Assembly: GCA_964398055.1 (NCBI GenBank)
Contig: CAYNLK010000005.1
Coordinates: forward strand, 77,875-141,874
Source of the DNA: an uncultured Caldilineaceae bacterium
Lineage (GTDB): Bacteria > Chloroflexota > Anaerolineae > 4572-78 > J111
Direction of reading: 5' to 3'
Length of the DNA: 64,000 nt
Positions 52,065 to 59,759 of the stretch are shown here, one piece after another; the first letter of the stretch is position 1; every line of letters begins with the position of its first letter. Both the position numbers and the translations under genes were made by a program. Under the pieces are notes generated by a model that made no database searches, was not told the DNA's origin, and saw nothing but the letters and a program-made list of their open reading frames with translations.

Positions 52065-52254
52065 CGAAAGATCGATCCTCTGCCAGCCAAATTGTTAAGC
52101 TGCCAAATGGGGCTTATCGGTCTTAACAGGCTTAAACTGCCTATTCCTCAGAACAAATTATACCATAAAGCCAGAGTTAATATAATTGCTGGGCCTCCAG
52201 GTAAATGGTACAATTTGGCTTGAGATGTGAGGTGGGGAATCCAGGCGTAATGGG

Positions 52255-52310
52255 TTTGAGATTTGCAATTTGCAATTTGCAGGTTGAAATTTGAGATTTG
52301 AGATTTGCAA
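52255..52310. repeat. Eight tandem AT-rich heptamers
   Basis: TTTGAGA TTTGCAA TTTGCAA TTTGCAG GTTGAAA TTTGAGA TTTGAGA TTTGCAA, located in the divergent intergenic region. Confidence 0.85.
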
Positions 52311-52355
52311 CTCTTGACCGGCAACAACTATCCAGCCAAACCAAAACAGTGGTCG

Positions 52356-55058
52356 ATGAGGCACGCTTATTTGTGGCTGGTCTACCTGGTTTTGGCCGTC
52401 ATTTTGACCTGGCCAACCATCGCCCGGTTCACCACCCACGTGCCGGGCGACGGCAGCGATGATCCGGCCATCGCCTGGAATCTGTGGTGGATCAAGTACA
52501 CCCTGCTAAACCGGGGGCAGAATCCCCTGGTCACCGATTACATGGCCTACCCCATCGGCCTTAACCTGGCCTTCTACACCCTCACCGTCCTCAACGGGCT
52601 GACCACCTTACCCCTGCTGCTCAATTTTGGCGTCATCACGGCCAGCAATCTGCACCTGCTGTTCACCTTTGCCGCCGGCGCTTACGGGGTCTTTCTGCTG
52701 GTGAGATATTTGTTGACCACAATGGATGGCGACGCCACGTCCAAACGCCGGTTGGTTTGGTTGAGCGCCGCCATTGCCGGCGGCTGTTACGCTTTTGCCA
52801 GTAGTAAATTGTCCTACGTCGCCCTGGGCCAATTCAACATTGCCAGCACTCATTGGCTTCCGCTTGCCGTACTGTATGTCATCCGGGCCAGGCGCCCGCC
52901 GGAGCGACTCAAGAACGCGGTTCTGGCCGGCCTCTTTCTCGCTATGCAGGCCTGGACCGAAATGACGTATGCCTCTTTTCTGCTGATATTCATCGGTTTA
53001 TATTGGCTCTACTGGCTCCTGGTCGGCTTGGCAACCCGGCCAGGCGAGTCCAGCCGGTGGCGATTACTCCGCCCCCATCTACGGGCCGCCGCAGTCCTGG
53101 GCTTAACCTTTGCCCTGGGCATCAGCCCCCTGCTGGCCCAATTGCTGCCGGAGATGCAGGTCGAGGGTGACTTTTGGGTACAGGGCAGCGGCTTTGCCGA
53201 GGCTTTTAGCGCCGACCTGCTCGGTTTTATCATCCCCACGGTCCACCATCCCCTCGTGGGCCATTGGGTCGCCCAAACCAACATTGCCTTCCAGATGGGC
53301 CAGCATATCTACATCGGTTTTGTCTTGCTGGGCTTGCTGGTCATCGCCGGGATCACCGGTTACCGCAGCCCGGAAATTCGTTTCTGGTTGATCGCTGCCG
53401 GCCTCTTTGGCCTGCTCTGCCTCGGTCCGGTCATCACCATCAACGGCCACAGTACCGGCCTGCCCGGCCCCTTCGTCCTGCTGCAGAACCTCCCTTTTTT
53501 CAAAGGTAATCGCTATCCCAGCCGCTACAGTGTCATGCTCATCCTTTGCTTGAGCATTCTGGCCGGTTATGCCCTGGTTCAATTGGGCCGCTGGCTCTCC
53601 ATTCCCCGCTCCTCGCTCTCCGCTCCTCGCTCTCCGCTCTCCGCCCTGTTCCTGGCCCTCCCCCTCCTGTTCATCTTCGAACACCTGTCCACACCCCTGC
53701 CCCAATCCGACCTGCGTGTCCCGGCGGCCTATCAACTCATCGCCGCCGATGCGGGCGACTTCACCATTTTGGATATTCCCCTGGCCTGGCGCAACGGCTT
53801 TCGGGTTACCGGCCCGCTGACGACCCAATTTATGTTCGGCCAGTTCTACCAGACCAGCCACCACAAGCGGCTGCTGCAAGCCAATACCAGCCGCAATCCC
53901 GAATTCAAGTTCCAATATTTTACCCAGGCCCCCATCCTCAACTCGCTGCTGGCCTTGACCACCGGCCACGCCTTGCCGGCAGAGCGTTGGGCCGCCGACC
54001 GGGCCATTGCCGCCGATGTGCTCAACTTCTTTGAGGTCAACTATGTTGTGGTGCGCCCTTTTCACTACGACAAATTTGACGGCGCGGCCACGATTACGGT
54101 GACGGAGCAGAACGCCATCCCCTACCTTGAGTCTGTCCTGCCGCTCGAACCGATTTATGCCGGACCTGAGTTAAAGCTCTACCGGGTAAACTATGAGCCT
54201 GGGGCGACAACCACTCCCTTCCGGGTTGATACCAACTCGCCCCTGGCCCCGCTTTACTTTGGCGAAGGCTGGGGTCACTTAACGCCCGGCCGGCCGGTGG
54301 CAGCCCAGCGTCGCGCAGCCCGTCTGCTGCTGCCCATGAACGCCGGCCAACAGCGGCTCAGCCTGCGCCTCCGCCTGCCGGATGAATTTCAGAGCCAGAC
54401 GCAAGCTCTCCGCATCGAACTGAACGGCTGGCAATCGCCGCCTCAGGCCGTAACGCCGGAGTGGCACGAACTCAGCTTCGAGCTGCCGGCGGAGGCGATC
54501 CGGCCGGGTCTCAACAACGTGCGCCTCCACTTTGAGCGAGTTGTCCCTTTGGACCGGACAACCGGGCCGCCAGTGACGCCCAATATCACGGTTGTCAGCG
54601 CCGGCGAAGAGGTGGGCGATTTTGGGCATATCTACGTCAACGGTTTCGAATTTTCACCCAATCAGCGCGGCTACAATGTGGCTGTGATTCAACCCAATGG
54701 CGCGGTTATTGCCGCGGCCAATTTTGACACCCATCTCGACCCGGCCGCCTCGACCGCCCTGGCCGACTTCATCACCGCGGCCCCGGCCAATGCCTTCATC
54801 GCCGTGGCCGCGGCCGACGAAGCCAGCTTGAATCTGGGCGAAGCAGCCGTACAAAGCCTGCAAGCTATTGGCGCTCGCGGCGATTTGTGGGGCTGCTTTC
54901 GCTGTAGCCACGCTTTGCTGTACAACCCGCTCAGTGGGACCACCCTTGAGGCCCTTGACCCGTTGGGACCGGCCGGGGTGACGGCCGGTTGGGGGCTAAC
55001 CGAACCGGGTCTGGCCGCGCTGGTTGATTGGATTCGGGTTGAATCCGTGGCAGAATAG
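52356..55058 (+). CDS. Large polytopic GT-C-like membrane protein with C-terminal ILEI/FAM3-like domain
   Basis: About 14 TM helices. The N-terminus is TWPTIARFTTHVPGDGSDDPAIAWNLWW. The C-terminal GHIYVNGFEFSPNQRGYNVAVIQPNG...AFIAVAAADEAS resembles interleukin-like EMT inducer domains. I prefer the ATG at 52356. Confidence 0.6.
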   Translation: MRHAYLWLVYLVLAVILTWPTIARFTTHVPGDGSDDPAIAWNLWWIKYTLLNRGQNPLVTDYMAYPIGLNLAFYTLTVLNGLTTLPLLLNFGVITASNLHLLFTFAAGAYGVFLLVRYLLTTMDGDATSKRRLVWLSAAIAGGCYAFASSKLSYVALGQFNIASTHWLPLAVLYVIRARRPPERLKNAVLAGLFLAMQAWTEMTYASFLLIFIGLYWLYWLLVGLATRPGESSRWRLLRPHLRAAAVLGLTFALGISPLLAQLLPEMQVEGDFWVQGSGFAEAFSADLLGFIIPTVHHPLVGHWVAQTNIAFQMGQHIYIGFVLLGLLVIAGITGYRSPEIRFWLIAAGLFGLLCLGPVITINGHSTGLPGPFVLLQNLPFFKGNRYPSRYSVMLILCLSILAGYALVQLGRWLSIPRSSLSAPRSPLSALFLALPLLFIFEHLSTPLPQSDLRVPAAYQLIAADAGDFTILDIPLAWRNGFRVTGPLTTQFMFGQFYQTSHHKRLLQANTSRNPEFKFQYFTQAPILNSLLALTTGHALPAERWAADRAIAADVLNFFEVNYVVVRPFHYDKFDGAATITVTEQNAIPYLESVLPLEPIYAGPELKLYRVNYEPGATTTPFRVDTNSPLAPLYFGEGWGHLTPGRPVAAQRRAARLLLPMNAGQQRLSLRLRLPDEFQSQTQALRIELNGWQSPPQAVTPEWHELSFELPAEAIRPGLNNVRLHFERVVPLDRTTGPPVTPNITVVSAGEEVGDFGHIYVNGFEFSPNQRGYNVAVIQPNGAVIAAANFDTHLDPAASTALADFITAAPANAFIAVAAADEASLNLGEAAVQSLQAIGARGDLWGCFRCSHALLYNPLSGTTLEALDPLGPAGVTAGWGLTEPGLAALVDWIRVESVAE

Positions 55059-55072
55059 GCTCACAAAAAGGG

Positions 55073-55109
55073 CCAAGTGACCGGCACTTAAAAAGTGCCG
55101 GTCACTTGG
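55073..55109. repeat. REP-like perfect palindrome, second copy of the AAGTGACCGGCACTT family
   Basis: CCAAGTGACCGGCACTT-AAA-AAGTGCCGGTCACTTGG. Confidence 0.75.
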
Positions 55110-55119
55110 ATGGGAGAAC

Positions 55120-55995
55120 ATGATTATGGGCAACAAATTGACCGAACTTTTGCAGAAATTATTTGGCAGCCAGAGTGAATCAGGCCAAACGGCGCCGCTA
55201 ACAACGGACGAGGCCAAACTGGTCAACTCGCTCCGCAAGTTGTCGCTGCTGCAAGATATCCCGGAGCGCATTCTGGTCAAAATTGCCCGGCAGGCCAGCT
55301 TACGCGAGCTAACCAAAGGGCAGCTCCTGGTCCACCAGGGCGATCCCAGCGACTCGCTCTTTATCATCCGCACCGGCTGGATCAAGATTGTAGCCGAAGG
55401 CAGCGGCGGTGAAGAGGTGGTGCTCAACCAGTGCGGGCCTGGCCAGGTCATCGGCGAGATGTCCCTGCTGGACCAAAAACCCCGCTCCAACACAATGGTG
55501 GCGCTCAGCCCGGCCAACCTGTTGGAAATCAAATATGAAACCGTGGTTGAGGCGCTCACTGAATATCCCCAACTGGCCCTGGCCTTTCTACGCGATATGT
55601 CGGACCGGCTGCGCTTTGCCAATACCTACATCGAAGAGACCATCATCTGGTCCCAACATATCGCCACGGGTGACTATGATTTTGTCCAGAATCAGGTGGC
55701 CGAAACCCAATCGACGATCGTCGATATCAACCTGTCCGACCAGGCCCGGGCCGGCGCTTTCCTGTCGGCCTTCTTCAAGATGGTCGAGGGGGTCAAAAAG
55801 CGGGAAGAAGAGTTGAAACGGCAGCTTCACCAACTGACCATTGAAATCGATGAGGTCAAACGCCAACAGGCCGTAGCCGAGCTGACCGAAACGGAATTTT
55901 TTGAGCAGTTGCAAGAGTCGGCCCGCAAGCTGCGCGAGGCGCGTAGCTTGAAAAAGCATCCACCATCTGAGACCGGCGATACCACGGACAGTTGA
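55120..55995 (+). CDS. Cyclic-nucleotide-binding (CAP_ED) domain protein with C-terminal coiled coil
   Basis: LFIIRTGWIKIV...GQVIGEMSLLDQKPRSNTMVAL, then the coiled coil EELKRQLHQLTIEIDEVKRQQ. Confidence 0.75.
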   Translation: MIMGNKLTELLQKLFGSQSESGQTAPLTTDEAKLVNSLRKLSLLQDIPERILVKIARQASLRELTKGQLLVHQGDPSDSLFIIRTGWIKIVAEGSGGEEVVLNQCGPGQVIGEMSLLDQKPRSNTMVALSPANLLEIKYETVVEALTEYPQLALAFLRDMSDRLRFANTYIEETIIWSQHIATGDYDFVQNQVAETQSTIVDINLSDQARAGAFLSAFFKMVEGVKKREEELKRQLHQLTIEIDEVKRQQAVAELTETEFFEQLQESARKLREARSLKKHPPSETGDTTDS

Positions 55996-56043
55996 AGGTT
56001 TGCGACCGGGCACTTTTTGAAAGAAGCCATAAAGTCAACCTAA

Positions 56044-58686
56044 ATGCCAAAAGCACGCAACAATTCACTATTCACAACACCTGCCCTGCGGGTTCACCAT
56101 TCACTATTCACCATTCACAATTCATCATTTTCCATCCCGTCCCTTCTCCTCGCTCTCCTCATCCTCACCTACGCCGGCTACTTCTCCTGGTACACCATCA
56201 ACCGCCACAACACCCTCAACTCCTACGCCGCCGACCTGTCGCTGATCGACCAGCCCATGTGGAATACCGTGCTCGGCCCCGGCTACTTTATGGAACAAAC
56301 CTGGGGCGACCGCCAGCAGCCCCGCCTGGCCGAGCATTTTGAGCCGATCCTCGTCCCCCTGGCCCTGCTCTTTTTTCTATGGGACGACGTCCGCATTCTG
56401 CTGATCGCTCAATCCATCGCCCTGGCCCTGGGTGCCCTGCCCGTCTACTGGATCGCCCGGCATCAATTATCAATTATCAATTATCAATTATCAAAGGCAG
56501 ATCAACAATTCACAATTCATAATTCACAATTCATAATTCACAATTCACAACACCTGCACTGCGTTCCGGCGCAAGTGTTCACAATTCACAACTGGTCCGC
56601 CCTCGTCTTTGCCGCCGTCTACCTGCTCTCCCCCCATCTACAAGCGGCCAACATCGCCGATTTCCACGCCGACCCGTTTGTGGTCACGCCGCTGTTGTTT
56701 GCTTTTTGGTACGCCAGCCAGCGGCGCTGGCTCTGGCTGTGGTTCTGGGCTATCGTGGCGATGGCTGCCAAAGAAACTTTGCCCACCCTGACGGCTATGC
56801 TGGGTTTATGGTTGCTGGGGACAGCTTTATATCGAAAACTGACCGCCGACCGCCGACGGCCGACCGCTCGCTTCGATCCGGCGGTCCGCGGCTTCGTCCT
56901 GAGGCTCAGCCCGAAGGGTCCGCGGTCCGCGGTCGTCAAACCGGAACTGTGGCACGGTGCCGCGCTCGCCCTCACCGGCATGGCCTGGTTTCTGATAGCC
57001 ACTTTCCTCATCGTCGCCCCGCTGGCCCGGCAATATTTCGGCAGCGACGGCCCCATCTACCTGGCCAATCGCTACAGCGGCGGGCTGGCCGGCCTGCCGG
57101 CGCTGCTGCAAGAGCCGGCCCGTTGGCGCTACGTTTTTGGCCTGCTGGCTTCGGTCGGTTTTTTGCCCCTGCTGGCCCCGGAGCTGCTGCTGCTGGGTCT
57201 GCCGGTGTTGGCCGCCAACCTGCTCAGCAACTTCCCCGGCCAATACTCCGGCGAGCAGCATTACTCGGCCCCGCTGGTGGCGGCGCTGCTCATTGCCGCC
57301 ATCTACGGCGCCCGGCGGCTGGTCGATTTTGCCTCGATTCGCCCACGGAATGGCCAGATCTTGAAAGTGACCACGCTGCTGGCGGTGCTGTTGTGGCTGG
57401 GCAGTTGGGCGCTGGGCTATCACGCTCTGCATGGCTGGACGCCCCTGTCGACCCGGCTGGAAACCTACCACCTCAGGCCGGCGGCGGCCCGCCTGCCGGA
57501 GTTCACCGCCCCAATTCCCCCGGCGGCGATTGTTTCGGCCAGCGCCGCCGTTCACCCCCACCTGGCCCACCGCCGGATCATCTACGTTTTTCCCACTATC
57601 GCCGAGGCCGAATTTTTCCTGGTCGATGTGACCGATATCCCCGGCGTCCACCCCAACGACGCCCACGCCAAGATCGTCGACCTGCTCAACACCACTTGGC
57701 AGCTCCGCCAGGCCAATCAGGGGCTGATTCTGGCCCAAAAATCGACCACGGCTACTGGAACAATAACCCTACCGGATTCGTTTTTCGATTTTGCCCGCGC
57801 TGCTGCGCCGCCTCCTTACCCCGTCGCTCTGAGCTTTGGCGATGGCCGGTTGCGGCTATTGGGTTATGATTTCCAGGCCGACCCCGATGATGGGGTCGCC
57901 TTGCGCTTTTATTGGCAAAGTTCGGCTCAATTGCCGGGCGATCTACGGCTGTGGCCGCTGGTTTACGACGATCTGGGCCGCTTGCTGAGCGACCCCACCC
58001 AGGTGCCGATGATTGCAGCAGTCTGGTATCCGCCGTCAGCCTGGCGGCTCGGCGAGACGGTCGTAACCGCTACCCTGCCCCAACTCCTGCCCGATACCTT
58101 CCACCTGGGCCTGGCCGTAGGGCCGGAATCCAGCTTTGCTAACCCCGACCAACGCTGGCCGGTAACCGGCCCTGCCGAGCAGACGATCCAGCTTCATCCC
58201 GGCAACTGGGTGCAACTGGCCTCGTTCAAACAGCAAGGGCCGTTCTTGACTCGGCTGCCGGCCGTCCCTACGCTACAGCCGCTCACCCCTGTCGAGGTCC
58301 AATTCGGCCCGGCCATTTGGCTGACCGGCTACTGGTTTCAGCCGGAGCCGGTCCGCCCCGGCGACGCGCTGCCGGTGCTGCTGCAATGGACGGCCGGCCA
58401 GCCGCCCGCGGCCGATTACACCGTGTTCGTCCACCTGTTAGCGCCTGACGGCCGCCTGGTCGCCCAAAGCGACGCCGCCCCCACCTGGCTCACCCCGGCG
58501 CCGACGTCACAATGGCCGCTGAACGAACCACAGCTTGACAGCCACATGCTTAACCTGCCCGGCAATTTACCAGTCGGGATTTATACCCTGCAAGTTGGAC
58601 TTTATGATCCCCACACATTGGAGCGACTGGCGCAGCCTGATGGGAGCGATGTATTTGTATTAGGCGAGGTGGAGGCAAAAAAGTGA
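56044..58686 (+). CDS. DUF2079-like polytopic membrane protein with large C-terminal extracytoplasmic region, carrying in-frame repeat insertions
   Basis: YFSWYTINRHNTLNSYAADLSLIDQPMWN and HFEPILVPLALLFF are typical of DUF2079. Three repeat-derived stretches interrupt conserved-looking sequence. Confidence 0.65.
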   Translation: MPKARNNSLFTTPALRVHHSLFTIHNSSFSIPSLLLALLILTYAGYFSWYTINRHNTLNSYAADLSLIDQPMWNTVLGPGYFMEQTWGDRQQPRLAEHFEPILVPLALLFFLWDDVRILLIAQSIALALGALPVYWIARHQLSIINYQLSKADQQFTIHNSQFIIHNSQHLHCVPAQVFTIHNWSALVFAAVYLLSPHLQAANIADFHADPFVVTPLLFAFWYASQRRWLWLWFWAIVAMAAKETLPTLTAMLGLWLLGTALYRKLTADRRRPTARFDPAVRGFVLRLSPKGPRSAVVKPELWHGAALALTGMAWFLIATFLIVAPLARQYFGSDGPIYLANRYSGGLAGLPALLQEPARWRYVFGLLASVGFLPLLAPELLLLGLPVLAANLLSNFPGQYSGEQHYSAPLVAALLIAAIYGARRLVDFASIRPRNGQILKVTTLLAVLLWLGSWALGYHALHGWTPLSTRLETYHLRPAAARLPEFTAPIPPAAIVSASAAVHPHLAHRRIIYVFPTIAEAEFFLVDVTDIPGVHPNDAHAKIVDLLNTTWQLRQANQGLILAQKSTTATGTITLPDSFFDFARAAAPPPYPVALSFGDGRLRLLGYDFQADPDDGVALRFYWQSSAQLPGDLRLWPLVYDDLGRLLSDPTQVPMIAAVWYPPSAWRLGETVVTATLPQLLPDTFHLGLAVGPESSFANPDQRWPVTGPAEQTIQLHPGNWVQLASFKQQGPFLTRLPAVPTLQPLTPVEVQFGPAIWLTGYWFQPEPVRPGDALPVLLQWTAGQPPAADYTVFVHLLAPDGRLVAQSDAAPTWLTPAPTSQWPLNEPQLDSHMLNLPGNLPVGIYTLQVGLYDPHTLERLAQPDGSDVFVLGEVEAKK
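56061..56134. repeat. AT-rich heptamer array element, copy 1 (within codons 7-30 of the DUF2079 gene)
   Basis: AATTCAC TATTCAC + core AACACCTGCCCTGCGGG + TTCACCA TTCACTA TTCACCA TTCACAA TTCATCA TTTTCCA. Confidence 0.8.
56462..56587. repeat. AT-rich heptamer array element, copy 2 (in-frame inside the DUF2079 gene)
   Basis: (ATCAATT)x3, then CACAATT/CATAATT x6. The core CACAACACCTGCACTGCGTTCCGGCGCAAGTGTT follows, then CACAATT CACAAC. It translates as INYQLSKADQQFTIHNSQFIIHNSQ...FTIHN. Confidence 0.8.
56841..56935. repeat. GC-rich heptamer/palindromic element in-frame inside the DUF2079 gene
   Basis: GACCGCC GACCGCC GACGGCC GACCGCT, then CCGCGGCTTCG-TCCTGAGGCTCAGCC-CGAAGGGTCCGCGG and GTCCGCG GTCCGCG. 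It translates as TADRRRPTARFDPAVRGFVLRLSPKGPRSAVV. Confidence 0.7.
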
Positions 58687-58723
58687 CCCTGACGAATTAG
58701 CCTGTCGAACCAGGCGCCAGGAA

Positions 58724-58749
58724 ATAAAAAAAGTCCGCCAAAGCGGACT
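58724..58749 (-). terminator. Intrinsic terminator after the HNH gene
   Basis: The minus strand reads AGTCCGC-TTTG-GCGGACT followed by TTTTTTT. Confidence 0.6.
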
Positions 58750-58762
58750 GTTAACCTCATAT

Positions 58763-59179
58763 TTAACTCGGATATCTGCCCAGCTTAATGAGGCCCTCTC
58801 TCCGGCGCAGGCGATGTTCCTCATTTAGACGAAGCAAACGCACCGTAACTCTGCCTACAGCCGTTAAAGGCACAATCATCGACCCTTCAAGGCTGAAATG
58901 CTCGGCCCAACTTTGTTGGCGAGGATTAAAAAGTGGGGTAACTTCACCGGTAAGCGGGTCGATTGAAGCGAAATCACTTCCCTTATAGCGATTACATTCA
59001 AAGCAAGCCAGGGCCAGATTACTCTCCACAGTCTGACCCTGATGTTTCTCTGGAATGATGTGATCAACTTCGTGATTGAAAAGTGCGACGTCACGCTGGT
59101 GAAGCAGACAATACTCGCATCGCTCCCCTGCCCGTTCGATTACCAGTTGGCGCAAATTGGCCGAAAGATAACTGGTCAC
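58763..59179 (-). CDS. HNH endonuclease
   Basis: CEYCLL...HEVDHIIPEKHQG...NLALACFECNRYKG. Confidence 0.85.
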   Translation of the reverse strand: MTSYLSANLRQLVIERAGERCEYCLLHQRDVALFNHEVDHIIPEKHQGQTVESNLALACFECNRYKGSDFASIDPLTGEVTPLFNPRQQSWAEHFSLEGSMIVPLTAVGRVTVRLLRLNEEHRLRRREGLIKLGRYPS

Positions 59180-59562
59180 GAGTTACGCCGTAACTGCTGA
59201 TGCGCTCGAATCTTAATCAGAGCCATCAGATTTTCCAGTTCGATGTACAAATTTAACTCGGCTTCTTCAGCCGGACTCAGGGTCCCCTGCCGGTTTTTCT
59301 CCAACAACGCCTGTCCCCTGGCCTGCGCCGCGGCCGAAAGACGAAAATCAACGATTTCCTGAGTAGTGGCCCCTCGCCCCAAAAACTCAATCACCTCGTT
59401 ATAGGCCAATGGCGCACTCGAACCGGTTTCAAATTCGGACGCTTTACCGGCCAGCAAGAGCAGCAACTCATCTTCAAGCGAACGACGAAACTGTTGACTC
59501 CGCTGCCTGAGCTGCTGGTATAGCTTTTCGGGCAAATTTAAGGTTACGGTATGAGTTGTCAT
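59176..59562 (-). CDS. Small helical/RHH-like partner protein of the HNH nuclease
   Basis: 4-nt overlap with the HNH gene. The N-terminus TVTLNLPEKLYQQLRQRSQQFRRSLEDELL is ribbon-helix-helix-like. Confidence 0.55.
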   Translation of the reverse strand: MTTHTVTLNLPEKLYQQLRQRSQQFRRSLEDELLLLLAGKASEFETGSSAPLAYNEVIEFLGRGATTQEIVDFRLSAAAQARGQALLEKNRQGTLSPAEEAELNLYIELENLMALIKIRAHQQLRRNS

Positions 59563-59713
59563 AAGCTCTCCTTAATCCTGAAAACTTTCGGGTATTACCC
59601 ATTTTACCTGGACCGACCAACACGGTCAGCGGGCCGAGGGTTATGTCCACATCTGCTAGGCTGCGGTAATTTTTGACCCAGAAGCGGGTGACGGTGGGGA
59701 TATGTGTAGTCAT
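59474..59713 (-). pseudogene. 5' remnant of an AAA_15/RecF-like (OLD-type) ATPase gene
   Basis: The first 36 or so aa (TRFWVKNYRSLADVDITLGPLTVLVGP) match the N-terminus preceding Walker A. The expected NGSGKS is missing, and the frame runs into the next gene. Confidence 0.45.
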
Positions 59714-59759
59714 AGATTTATTCCTGATAGCCGATGGTTAAAATCTACCCACCGATTAC

